From: Octopus bimaculoides
Taxonomy: Eukaryota
DNA: 53,880 nt
NCBI RefSeq assembly: GCF_001194135.2
Contig: NC_068982.1
Location: 116,577,826 to 116,631,705 of the forward strand
Reading direction: 5' to 3'
The notes under the pieces were generated by a model. The model did no database searches. It was given only the letters and a program-made list of their open reading frames with translations, and was not told the DNA's origin. Below are positions 24,885 through 39,230 of the stretch, in pieces (position 1 is the stretch's first letter; each line of letters opens with the position of its first letter). The position numbers and the translations under genes are program-made.

Positions 24885-25210
24885 GTATGTAAAGGGTAAC
24901 GATCTCCTTCGGTCACGAATGACCATGGGATGCACATAGAAAAGTTCCCCTCCAAGGCACGAGTCTGGTCAAGGTTGATTGTGAAAGGCCAGCCTCCTCT
25001 CTCCACGCCACCGATGTTATCCAAAGGAAAGGCAAAGGCCATGATACAGCTTGGCACCAATGACGTTGCAACCCATTTCTACAGCTGAATGAACTGGAGC
25101 AACGTGAAATAAAGTGTCTTGCTCAAGAACACAACACAGATCCAAGTCCAGGAATCGAACTCACTACCTCATGATTGTGAGCCCGACGCTCTAACCATTC
25201 AACCATGCGT
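24885..25210 (-). mobile_element. tRNA-derived SINE family E (CORE-like centre, probable RTE-type tail)
   Basis: B-box GAGTTCGATTCC on the minus strand, then GTGTTCTTGAGCAAGACACTTTATTTCAC, ending ...TCGTGACCGAAGGAGATCGTTACCCTTT. Confidence 0.8.
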
Positions 25211-25532
25211 ATGAAGGTACTATATAACAGTGCAGTAACTCATCACTATCAGTAGTTAGGAGATGCGTTGAATTTAAGAAATGTTTCATTAACTTGTACC
25301 GCTGAATACACGTTTTCAATTCATATTATTGATATTGGCCATTATCGAAACAACGAACATTTCTATATTCAATCCCATCTTTACTGCTCCAAAATGAATA
25401 GAAAGAGAGATATAAAACTTGACATACAATTAAACTTTAGTACTTCAAGACTTTAGGTGACAAAATCTATCAATCAGCGGCTGCCAGTTTGAAACAGTCT
25501 GATACTCAGAATGTGCAGTGTCTGTTGCATTT

Positions 25533-27763
<2,231 letters not shown>

Positions 27764-28081
27764 TGTATGTATGTATATATATATATATATATTATCTTTC
27801 TTATACCTTATAAAATTGAAGTGGTAAGTTGGGCTATCATTTGATAAAATGAGAAGGGTGCAACTAGAATAGTGTGAGGGGAAACATAGTGGCATAGATA
27901 GTGTGGCTGGCATCAGGGAAGGGGAGGACAGAGTTGTGTAAGCAACAAATTTGGAGTGGCAGTGGGGTAGTAACGTTAATACAGTTGTCATTCGCAGATA
28001 CACCCGCGTGCTTTCAGTCTCTTTCTCTCTCACCTGCGTCTCTTTCTCTCTGTCTTCGCTCTCTTTTCCTGTCTCTCACTC

Positions 28082-28112
<31 letters not shown>

Positions 28113-28572
28113 CTCGCTGTAACACACACACACACACATACACACACTCACAAATCTATAGGCAATTATTTGACAACGTTTAAACCGAAAATATCCGGAA
28201 ATAATCAAAGTATTCTTTTTTTGCCATTTATGAACAGACGATAAAGAAGTTCTCGTCTGTTAAATACTTAGAGTTAATTAATTTTTCCTTTCATGAAGAT
28301 GACGTTTCAAGTCAACATTGAAGGTGAAGTACCTTCTTAATTTCGTTTTTATTATTCACAAAATTATAATCACTCATTCATCTATCGCAAAGTTAAAAAG
28401 ACAGATTTCTAAAGGGGGAATTGCTATCATTTACTATCTTATCCTTTATGGTGCTGTAATTTTCCGTCACGTTCTGTTAACAAAACCATCAAAAGCTTAA
28501 ACTGAAGGTGAAGTCCCTTACTGGATTTATTGAAAAATATTCAACAATTACATTAATTTATTAATTCACTCC

Positions 28573-29915
28573 TTTAATAAAGTCATGGGAGATGGTAATT
28601 GTATGTTCAGAGCTGTGTCACTCTTGCTCAAAAACAACAGAAATTACCGAACTCTTCGGGAAGAGTCCGTACGATAATATGCAAATGAAAGTATTTTCAT
28701 TCTTTTATTCCTAATAGTACAATGTAGGAATACCAAGCGTATATGAGTAGGGATGGAACATACAGCGGTAATGTTGAATTAGCTGCCATTAGTGAATTGT
28801 ACAATGCTGCAATTCAGGTTCATCACAAAAATGGCGATGAAATTATTCTTCTTCTGTTCACCGTTTGCGGGCGAACAGTTACAGAAAGGAAGATTTCAGT
28901 GTTATATAGTGACGAAATTAACAACTGCAACTACGATGCTCTCTTTCCCATAAACAATCATGAACACGAAAGAAATGTAGGAGGAAATGAAATATCACAA
29001 GACAATAAAAAAGACGAAAGAATGAGAATTCAAACACTCAATATGAAAATTGTAGAAGAAAGTAAAACCATCGGTAAGTAAGGTAGCAAAAAGTGAGGGA
29101 ATACGAGAGGAGGACAAGAAAACAAGGTGATAAAGATAGGGAAATAAGATTGCAGAGAAAGAAGAAAATTATAGAAATATAAAAGTAGAAAAAAATTAAA
29201 AAAAGACAAAGAAATACGTTTGCAAAAAAGGAGAGAAAAAGGTAGAATAAAAAGAGAACAAGAAAGTGAAAGCGACCGAAAAATACGACTAAAAAGGAGA
29301 AAGCTTTCCAGAGAAAATCAGCAGAAAAAGTATAGACGATTTCAATGGCAAAACATGTGAAAAGTGTGGTGCTAGGAAGTGGGACAAGGAATCATTAGGT
29401 ATGTGTTCTAAAGGTAGAGCCCATTTAGCAATAATTGAGCCTTCAGAACTTATAAAACATCTTCTTTTGGGTACCATTTCAAAATCAAATACTTTCTTAA
29501 AAATATTCGAGCATACAATAGTGCTTTTCAATTGACTTTATTTGGGGCAAAAATTATTAGGAAAAGTGGATTTATGCCGACTTTTAAAGTGCAAGGACAA
29601 ATTTATCACAGAATTGGCTCTCTTAAGCCTTTACAGAATAAAGATCCACAATTTTTACAAATATATTTTATAGGTGACATCAAAAGGAAGAACAGTGCCG
29701 CAACAAGCATTGTCCAAGTACAAGATTAGAACTTATTTTAAGCTGCAAGTAATGCTTCACGAGAAGAATTCTTATGTGAGAAGCTTTCAGTATGCTTTAG
29801 AATATACTTCAACTGCGGAGTTTCAAGTTGTCATCGATGCTGACAAAAGACCAGCCGGAGAATATGTCTGCCGATTCAATGTTCCTGAGTGTAATGAAGT
29901 GGCTATTATTACATT
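28573..29915 (+). mobile_element. Helitron 5' coding fragment: OTU protease plus Rep N-terminal region (decayed)
   Basis: VMGDGNCMFRAVS and MSRDGTYSGNVELAAISELY (OTU); then CEKCGARKWDKESLGMC, NIRAYNSAF, GFMPTFKVQGQIYHRIGSL, FLQIYFIGD, LQVMLHEKNSYV, DADKRPAGE..RFNVPECNEVAI. Confidence 0.9.
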
Positions 29916-30181
29916 TATTTCCAAATTCCCTAATAGTAGTAATTATTATCTAAATTTAATATTACTAATTTACATTCCACCTTAACGCGTATCATTAATA
30001 TAATTAAGACTAATCTGTAAATTTCCTTCCCCCTACTATAAATTTCACATATGAGCATTTTATCCCTTAAGTCGTAAAATAACTATAAAAGTTTTTCTTT
30101 GTTATAAGATATTTTTTCCCTTGCTCCTTTATTTATAAATATAGCGTATTAACTCTGTTTTCTATATTATTTCTTTCCATT

Positions 30182-30385
30182 TCGGCGAACTGGCAGAATC
30201 GTTAGCACTCTGGGTGAAATGCTTAGCGGTATTTCTGAGTTCAAATTCCGCTGAGGTCGACTTTGCCTTTCATCCTTTCGGGGTCGATTAAATAAGTACC
30301 AATTACGCAGTGGGGTCGATGTAATCGACTTAATCCCTTTGTTTGTCCCCTGTGTGCTTAGCCCCCTGTGGGCAATAATAAAATA
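30182..30385 (+). mobile_element. SINE family A (long-tail subfamily, internal deletion)
   Basis: Head and core, then tail TTTGTTTGTCCCCTGTGTGCTTAGCCCC. Confidence 0.92.
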
Positions 30386-30392
30386 TATATTA

Positions 30393-30815
30393 TTTCTCTA
30401 GGCGCAAGGCCCGAAATTTTTGGGGAAGGGAACAGTCAATGAGATCGAACCCAGCAAGCAACTGGTACTCAATTTATCGACCCGAAAGGATGAAAGGCTA
30501 ATTCAACCTCGCGGAATTTGAACTCAGAACGTAAAGACAGACGAAATAGAGCTAAGCATTTCGCCCGGCGTGCTAACGTTTCTTATTTCTTTCCTACCCA
30601 CAAGGGGCTACACACAGAGGGGACAAACAAGGACAGACAGACGGATTATGTTGATTACATAGACCCCAGTGCGTAACTGGTACTTAATTTATCGACCCCG
30701 AAAGGATGAGAGGCAAAGTCGAGCTCGTGGAATTTGAACTCAGAACGTAAAGGCAGACGAAATACCGCTAAGCATTTCGCCCGGCGTGCTAACGTTTCTG
30801 CCAACTCACCGCCTT
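30393..30815 (-). mobile_element. Two tandem family A SINEs in antisense
   Basis: Two GGAATTTGAACTCAGAACGTAAAG blocks; the second copy carries the long tail and a full head. Confidence 0.93.
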
Positions 30816-31599
30816 TTATTTATTACATATTACATTATCGTTAACGATACTTAGATAAATAGAACGCTACTTATTAAAAAAAAAATATGACCAATACTGT
30901 ATTTGTATTTTTTATTTTCATTGAACTCTATTTGAACATAAGCAAACTTTTGAGCTTGAATCTCAGTAGTAACATATTTTTGCACAAATATATATACATA
31001 TAAGTATTTATATATATGTACTAGGTTCTTGTATATCCATATAATTATTTGCATGCGATTTCTTCACAGATACTTATATGTATTTATGTATGAACGAGAA
31101 AATGTATGTAGGTATATGCGCAAGATGTGATTATTGCTGTGCCCATTTATTCTTTATTCTTTATCTTTGTATATATATGCTTTTATGTATTTCTATACGT
31201 ATGAATATTTGAACGTATTTATATTTATGAATGCAATCAAAAATATATATATTTTTACCTATAATACTATCCATTTAATTTTTATTTTTCCTTACATATT
31301 TATACACCCTTATTACTTAAATTTTTATAAATATATTTAACCTTATATTAATTTGATACTCAAATATACGGTTTATTACTATATATTACTTTTCTTTATA
31401 CCTTTAATGTTTACCCAAAGCAGATTATATTATTTTTTATATTTACTCTCTAAATATATTACATTTCCCCTCTTTATAATGTTTATACCAAATTTTTCAA
31501 TAAAATAATACTCAGTTAATCGAAATACGCCACACACTTAACACATAATAATATAAAAATGTAATAGTATATCTCTTTTCTACGTCCGACGAGATTCAA

Positions 31600-31820
31600 C
31601 TGTTTCTTTTACTCTTATACTTCTTTCAGTCATTTGACTGTGGCCATGCTGGAGCACCGCCTTTTTTTAATCGAGCAAATCGACCCCAGGACTTATTCTT
31701 TGGAAGCTTGCACTTATTCTATCGGTCTCTTTTGCCGAACCACTAAGTTACGGGGACGTAAACATACCATCATCGGTTGTCAAGCGATGTTGGGGGCGGT
31801 ATGAACCAGACACACAAACG

Positions 31821-31876
<56 letters not shown>

Positions 31877-32025
31877 CATATATACGACGGGCTTCTTTCA
31901 GTTTCCGTCTACCAAATTCACTCACAAGGATTTGGTTGTCCCGAGTCTATAGCAGAAGACACTTGCCAAAGGTGCCGCGCAGTGGGACTGAACCTGGGAT
32001 CATGTAGTTGATAAGTAAGCTACTT
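31600..32025 (-). mobile_element. SINE family C with an internal microsatellite
   Basis: Head GGTTCAGTCCCACTGCGCGGCACCTTTGGCAAGTG...GAAAGAAGCCCGTCG, then (TA)/(TG)n, then ...GGCGGTGCTCCAGCATGGCCACAGTC. Confidence 0.92.
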
Positions 32026-32146
32026 CATTTCATTTTATGTGCCATAAAAGCAGTATACAGTGTAGCTGCGGGCTGGACAAACACATTAATGAATGAAAAT
32101 GAAAGAAAATGAATAGATGAGAGACGAAACCCAACAGCTGCTGATT

Positions 32147-32931
32147 NNNNNNNNNNNNNNNNNNNNNNNNNNNNNNNNNNNNNNNNNNNNNNNNNNNNNN
32201 NNNNNNNNNNNNNNNNNNNNNNNNNNNNNNNNNNNNNNNNNNNNNNNNNNNNNNNNNNNNNNNNNNNNNNNNNNNNNNNNNNNNNNNNNNNNNNNNNNNN
32301 NNNNNNNNNNNNNNNNNNNNNNNNNNNNNNNNNNNNNNNNNNNNNNNNNNNNNNNNNNNNNNNNNNNNNNNNNNNNNNNNNNNNNNNNNNNNNNNNNNNN
32401 NNNNNNNNNNNNNNNNNNNNNNNNNNNNNNNNNNNNNNNNNNNNNNNNNNNNNNNNNNNNNNNNNNNNNNNNNNNNNNNNNNNNNNNNNNNNNNNNNNNN
32501 NNNNNNNNNNNNNNNNNNNNNNNNNNNNNNNNNNNNNNNNNNNNNNNNNNNNNNNNNNNNNNNNNNNNNNNNNNNNNNNNNNNNNNNNNNNNNNNNNNNN
32601 NNNNNNNNNNNNNNNNNNNNNNNNNNNNNNNNNNNNNNNNNNNNNNNNNNNNNNNNNNNNNNNNNNNNNNNNNNNNNNNNNNNNNNNNNNNNNNNNNNNN
32701 NNNNNNNNNNNNNNNNNNNNNNNNNNNNNNNNNNNNNNNNNNNNNNNNNNNNNNNNNNNNNNNNNNNNNNNNNNNNNNNNNNNNNNNNNNNNNNNNNNNN
32801 NNNNNNNNNNNNNNNNNNNNNNNNNNNNNNNNNNNNNNNNNNNNNNNNNNNNNNNNNNNNNNNNNNNNNNNNNNNNNNNNNNNNNNNNNNNNNNNNNNNN
32901 NNNNNNNNNNNNNNNNNNNNNNNNNNNNNNN
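32147..32931. other. Assembly gap (others near 18498, 33710, 33982, 34465-35150, 42118-42444, 51219-51809, 52562)
   Basis: N runs. Confidence 0.99.
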
Positions 32932-33600
32932 GGACAAATAGTCTTTCAGTTCTTTTTCTATAGTTAGTTTTGGGAAGACGGTGATGGTGTCAAGAATTTT
33001 AGAGTAAGTTCTAACCATTACCGTCCTCTCCTCCATATCTTTTAACCACTGCTTGGGTGGGATAATTTCCCACTCCAAGACGGGTTCTTCTTTTTAAGTT
33101 CCTTCTCTTAAGTCCAAAAAAAAAAAACAGTTCACAAAAGCAGTCCACCAAAAATTAGAACCGAATAAAAATAGAAGACAAACAAAAAAAAAAAGGGAAG
33201 GAAAAAAAACTGAAATTAAAATAATGAGAAAAAGAAGAAGGAACCGAAATTTAGAAAGAAAGAAAAAAATGGAAGAAGGGAAAAATAAAAATAAAACAAT
33301 GCACACAAATAGAACAGACAGGGAATCCTTGGCTCTGCATTATACTTTAACCAGGTAAATCCAATAGTCAGGGTTCTTCTCGATTGTACTCCAGTTAGGT
33401 AATCTCCACAGGGTAAACTCCTCAGGGTACAATTTTTTCTGGCGAAATACGCCCACCAGAATGTATAAGTTATTTGGCGAAAAAACGTCACACAGAATTT
33501 TACTCAAAAAAGTTTTCAAAAATTTCTCAGTCCATCGTTATGGCGACAAGAACACGCCCACCAATAACGACGAACGAGGAAGACAATATTTTTGTTCGCT
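32931..33600 (-). mobile_element. Probable LINE 5' region with start of ORF1, running into a gap
   Basis: UTR-like leader then EWEIIPPKQWLKDMEERTVMVRTYSKILDTITVFPKLTIEKELKDYLS; class assignment is inference. Confidence 0.4.
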
Positions 33601-33719
33601 AAAGCGAGCAACAATTTAAAGCCGTCAAAAACAGACTAAATTGCCCCAGGGCTAGGCAGAAATTTACTGAAAAAAGAAAACACACAATAAATTCCCACCC
33701 AGCTCGGAGNNNNNNNNNN

Positions 33720-33759
<40 letters not shown>

Positions 33760-33762
<3 letters not shown>

Positions 33763-33981
33763 GTATATAATGTGGCACTCCGTCGGTTACGACGACGAGG
33801 GTTCCAATTGATCCGACCAACGGAACAGCCTGTTCGTGAAATTAACGTGCAAGTGGCTGAATACTACACAAACACGTGTACCCTTAACGTAGTTCTCGGG
33901 GAGATTCAGCGTGACACAGAGTGTGACAAGGCCGGGGATTCGAAATACAAGTACAACAGAAACAGGAAGAAAGAATGAGAA
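33760..33981 (-). mobile_element. SINE family B 3' half
   Basis: Reverse complement of 11590-11790; ends at a gap. Confidence 0.93.
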
Positions 33982-34193
33982 NNNNNNNNNNTAAATTCAA
34001 TTTATCAAAAATAAAAATTAAATTAAGTCTCACAGTATAAAAAATATAAATATATAGTTTTAGAGAAAAGAACCAAAGTTCATGAACTCATCCATGGAAA
34101 TCCACAGGCACATAGAAAAATTAATAAATAAATGCATGATAAATAAGTATAATATAATACAAAGTAAAAATCATAAGATAATGATAATAAAAC

Positions 34194-34269
34194 GACTACA
34201 CGTGTTTCAAATAGAAAATAAAATATATTCAAATCAATTCTATTAAAAAATATAGCTAATCTTCAGGTC
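34194..34269 (-). ncRNA. Penelope-type minimal hammerhead motif with an expanded stem II
   Basis: Minus strand: GAC-CTGAAGA-[AT-rich, includes AATAGAA/TTCTATT]-GAAAC-ACGT-GTA-GTC. Confidence 0.55.
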
Positions 34270-35203
34270 AAAATACAACAACAATAATAATAATAAAAAG
34301 AATGTATATATCAACCAACAATAAATAACAAATGAATGTATATAAAAATACTTATTATATTAAGATAGAAAAATGTTAAACAATATTAATAAAAATATCA
34401 AAAATTATAAACGTGCCATAATTAACTTTACGTTTATTATAATATAAACTAACAAATATTATATNNNNNNNNNNNNNNNNNNNNNNNNNNNNNNNNNNNN
34501 NNNNNNNNNNNNNNNNNNNNNNNNNNNNNNNNNNNNNNNNNNNNNNNNNNNNNNNNNNNNNNNNNNNNNNNNNNNNNNNNNNNNNNNNNNNNNNNNNNNN
34601 NNNNNNNNNNNNNNNNNNNNNNNNNNNNNNNNNNNNNNNNNNNNNNNNNNNNNNNNNNNNNNNNNNNNNNNNNNNNNNNNNNNNNNNNNNNNNNNNNNNN
34701 NNNNNNNNNNNNNNNNNNNNNNNNNNNNNNNNNNNNNNNNNNNNNNNNNNNNNNNNNNNNNNNNNNNNNNNNNNNNNNNNNNNNNNNNNNNNNNNNNNNN
34801 NNNNNNNNNNNNNNNNNNNNNNNNNNNNNNNNNNNNNNNNNNNNNNNNNNNNNNNNNNNNNNNNNNNNNNNNNNNNNNNNNNNNNNNNNNNNNNNNNNNN
34901 NNNNNNNNNNNNNNNNNNNNNNNNNNNNNNNNNNNNNNNNNNNNNNNNNNNNNNNNNNNNNNNNNNNNNNNNNNNNNNNNNNNNNNNNNNNNNNNNNNNN
35001 NNNNNNNNNNNNNNNNNNNNNNNNNNNNNNNNNNNNNNNNNNNNNNNNNNNNNNNNNNNNNNNNNNNNNNNNNNNNNNNNNNNNNNNNNNNNNNNNNNNN
35101 NNNNNNNNNNNNNNNNNNNNNNNNNNNNNNNNNNNNNNNNNNNNNNNNNNTTAGTCTACATATAATTTAATTTAGTTGTTAATTTTGTAGAACACTGTTT
35201 TAG

Positions 35204-35331
35204 AAATACTTTTTGGACATCAGCGCTAACGTCAGAAATTCCGACATATTTGAGGCCAAATCTGGTGAAGTGGTTTTCAATTATACATTTCCTTTAGATC
35301 TTTTAAGTTCTGAAAGTACATCCATCTTCAG
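35204..35331 (+). other. Candidate 128-nt exon (KYFLDISANVRNSDIFEAKSGEVVFNYTFPLDLLSSESTSIF)
   Basis: CTGTTTTAG acceptor, CAG|GTAATT donor, 42 open codons. Confidence 0.3.
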
Positions 35332-35643
35332 GTAATTGTTGAAAATAGAAAAGCATTCGTAATAAAAAGAAATAAAGGTGATACATTAAATCAAAGTGGA
35401 TGGTTTACATTGTTCGGAAATACAAAGAATATTTGGTTTGTCTTAATGCCAGTGTAGGTAGCAGACGTTTGTACGGAAACGAGAGGCAGACATCAGTAAA
35501 AGACTCTAGCTTACTCAATATACATTAGCTCTGAAATTAAAAGATCAATCATTAATTTTCAAAAATCTCTGATGTTAAAATCAAACTTGCTTTGAGATAC
35601 GTATTTCCAAAGAAAAAAAGAAAAAAGAAAGAGAACTTTTCTC

Positions 35644-35691
<48 letters not shown>

Positions 35692-35825
35692 CCATACCTG
35701 TGTATTTGTTAACCTATTTCTCAGTCTGTCTGTCTTTCTCGCTGTTTGCCTATCTATATGTATATATATATCTATATCTATATATATGTGTGTGTGTATG
35801 TATGTATGTATATGCATACAAAATG

Positions 35826-36895
35826 AAGATGACTGTCCACTCGTGAACGACGGAGACCATCAGTTACCATGAAGAGCATTGTGCACTGACCAATTTATTC
35901 TTTACAGTTGTGGCTTCTTTGGCGACAAATGATCCCTGCTCTTGATAAACATATACGCTCGAAGATCAAGCGTCCCCAGTCCATTACATTAGTGGTATAT
36001 TCTCGAGCAGATCGCTTAAATTTCTCATGAAAAATGCGTTATTTCTTTCGAAAAATTCACTTCTTCCTTTACTTGTTTCTTCCATTGGTGACGATGACAA
36101 ACACTGCTTTCTCAGTTAACCAGCCATTTTGCGCAGGCCTTTAGCGAGGAATTAACACAATCCTTAGAGTGTAGTCTTGGTTTCCGCCGGAGGAGCCTCT
36201 CACAAACAAATCGCCATTTGGAATCTGCTTAGGGATCTTCTGATCATTCATTCGAAGAAGGTATCCAGTCAAACGTAAACGGTGACTGTGCACCATCATT
36301 TCAATATTCTGGACGTCGGCTTCTTTCAAAACCACACTGCCTGGAGCCCGCAAGAATAAGCCAACATTCGGAATGTGTCTCAGACAATTCCGTTGGAAGT
36401 ATTCAAGGACCCTTGCATGATGCCTATAAAACATCCATGTTTCATACAAGTAAAGAAGCGACGTCAGCATACACGCACGGTACGTAGTAATTCTTGTTCG
36501 CCTTGTGGTGCCATGTTGGGACCAAACACGAAATTCAAGAGCCCTATAGAAATCAGTTGCTCTCTGAATGCTTAAAGGTATTTCATGATTAAGGAAAAAG
36601 AACGATTCAGTGTGCTGCCCACGTAGAGAAGCATGTCTACCGCTTCCACTACTGTTCCTTCAGCTTAGATGATTTCACATATGAGTCTCCTGGTGCAGAC
36701 TGGAGCATTACAACAGTCTTGTCTAGGCTAATGGTGATTTCAAATATCTTGCAAGGTGTAGAAATATGATCAATGATAATTTGTATATCTTCAACTGTAT
36801 GAACAACGAAGTCGCAATCATCTGCATAAAGGAGGTCATCAATAAGAGACTGAAAAAGTTTTGAACTGGCAGTAAACAACGCAAGTTGAAGAGAC
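35826..36895 (-). pseudogene. RTE-clade LINE, 5'-truncated (RT C-terminus and 3' end)
   Basis: DLLYADDC, TISLDKTVVM, LLYLYETW, RLRLTGYLLRMNDQKIPKQI; frameshifts and stops. Confidence 0.92.
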
Positions 36896-37096
36896 GACCA
36901 GAAGACCGGTACCGCACATATATCCTTACATATATACACACGTACATACGTAATACACATACATAACACACACACACACGATTTCGATTCTCGGAACGGG
37001 ATACGTTCGACATCTGATCTATGGCACACCAATGCCATAAATTTACATATAAAATAAGATCATATACTTAATGTATATGCTTCATGTATTTTCCAG

Positions 37097-37141
37097 TGGC
37101 TACAATAGCGTGGTGGAGTATATACACTCTCTAAGCGACAG
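37097..37141 (+). other. Candidate 45-nt exon (GYNSVVEYIHSLSD)
   Basis: TTTTCCAG acceptor; weak AG|GTGTTA donor; phase fits neighbouring candidates. Confidence 0.2.
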
Positions 37142-37220
37142 GTGTTAAAACTACCCAGACTCAGGTAACTGACAGGCGAGTTAACCGACCTGCTTTTATT
37201 TCATGTAAATTTTCTCTTAG

Positions 37221-37277
37221 TTATGCAGTTTCCGGGCATGCCGGCACATGGTTTCACAGGCCATGGGCATATAAGTT
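37221..37277 (+). other. Candidate 57-nt exon (YAVSGHAGTWFHRPWAYK)
   Basis: Strong TTTTCTCTTAG acceptor, GTATGT donor, GC-rich island; a second frame (MQFPGMPAHGF...) is also open. Confidence 0.35.
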
Positions 37278-38173
37278 GTATGTGTATATGTATGTATGAA
37301 TTATTCTCGACTTTGCCTGTTTCGTCATATTTATTTGATTACATACATATGTAATACAGTACTCACATTCTCATCTCTTTGCGTACTAATGAATTATTTT
37401 TCTCTGCAATGGTTTCTACTTCGCATTTTTTTATTCACTCTTCTTCACCATTCATATGTATTTTCATTAACTGTTCTCCTCTTTCACTACCTTCTCACTC
37501 AAGCGACGATTTCTTCCCATGTTCCTATTAGACATACTTATAGCACATCTTTTTCTATTTAATATCTATTATAGTCACCAACAATCTTTGTCGCTGTCGG
37601 CAAAACTTTGAAGTCACAGTCCCTTTGTATGTCGTTTAAATAAAATATTAAAGTTCTACAACTGTATTGAGTCCTTTGGTAGTTTATGTTATCTGGTGCT
37701 TTTAATGCTTCTTACAAACACACATGTCAGGTTATTGATTTAAATAAATTTATTAAAAGCGTGTTTTATTATTTCAGTTTTCATTTGATTACACGTTCCG
37801 TATATATTTATTGTCATTCTATGCAGGGAAATTTGTTAGGATTTTAGAAATAACAGATACATATAGTTATATATAGAATTCCGCAAACAATAACAGATAC
37901 ATATAGTTATTGTTTGCGGGTATGTATATACCATGTAAGTATGCATGTAGTTCATGTAGTGTACAATTAGTATGCATGGAATATGTTTACATAAAACACT
38001 AGTGATGTGTAAGGACATAAATCACTGTGTTTATTTCTATTAATATCTTGGCTACTTTAAATGCAAACCGACCGACATACAATCACCTATATAAATTCTA
38101 TATTCAGTGTTATAATGAAATTTCGGCGCTCCTTTCTGAGTACCTTGAAAGTGAAACAATTCTGAAGAAAAGT

Positions 38174-38266
<93 letters not shown>

Positions 38267-38380
38267 GATGGATTCTCCCATCGTAGACGACGTATGAGCA
38301 TTCAGCCTCTGCTGAACGACCTGCACGAATGACTTATAGTGATCAAATGTTCGGGCTCACTCTCTCCATCAAATCGGCAG

Positions 38381-38416
<36 letters not shown>

Positions 38417-39230
38417 ATTACATTACCTCGTACATTCACAGTGTTAGTGTCGATGCAAGTTGTATCTATATATTTTTACCCAAAATTGTATATAAAGGAC
38501 AAGTAAACGTATTGTTTTTATATACAATATCTTTGTAGACATAAAGAGGTATTAGCCTGATTAACATATTAGGATTTCATTAGCAAGCGAGAACTCGTGT
38601 TTATTGCCCCTGGAGGCATAGCTTAAGGGCTTATAACAGTAAGAGCAGAAATAATGTTAAACAGACAGATCTGCTTATAGAGCACATTGTTGGTTCTTAG
38701 TGCATATAATATATTATTTTTGCATTATCTGTGTTTTGTTTGAATGTTATTTTGTACTCCAGAAATATTTATACATTTTAGCCTACATTACATGCATAGG
38801 TAGATGTAGATGTAAGATTAAAACTAATCCAAATGATTCCATTTTTTCTGTTCACGAAGATATTGTATACAGAGACAAGGTACTTAACATGAATCTTTTA
38901 GTACTTCTCTCATTTTTTTTCTTATCACATTTATACAGTTCTATAGTTAGAACTAACAAAGCATATACTCCTCCAGTCATAATGGCACGGTGTATTCTGC
39001 TTATTCTAAACTTAGGAAAATTTACTAAGCAGAAGATAATGTAACTATTAAACAAAGACATTCCTGCATTCCAGACTTCCAGCATTACGCACAAACCAAA
39101 AATAGTTCTAGATATGGCACATATACTTCGCAAGACACTTTCAAGTTAAATTTCACAACCAACTCAAACAGTACACAAATCATACCCTATATTGCAACAC
39201 CCAATAATATATTTGAGTGATCCGTGTAAA

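Noticed and set aside
32086-33078. Long ORFs here and at 42039-42747 and 51186-51830
   Set aside because: Mostly N gaps.
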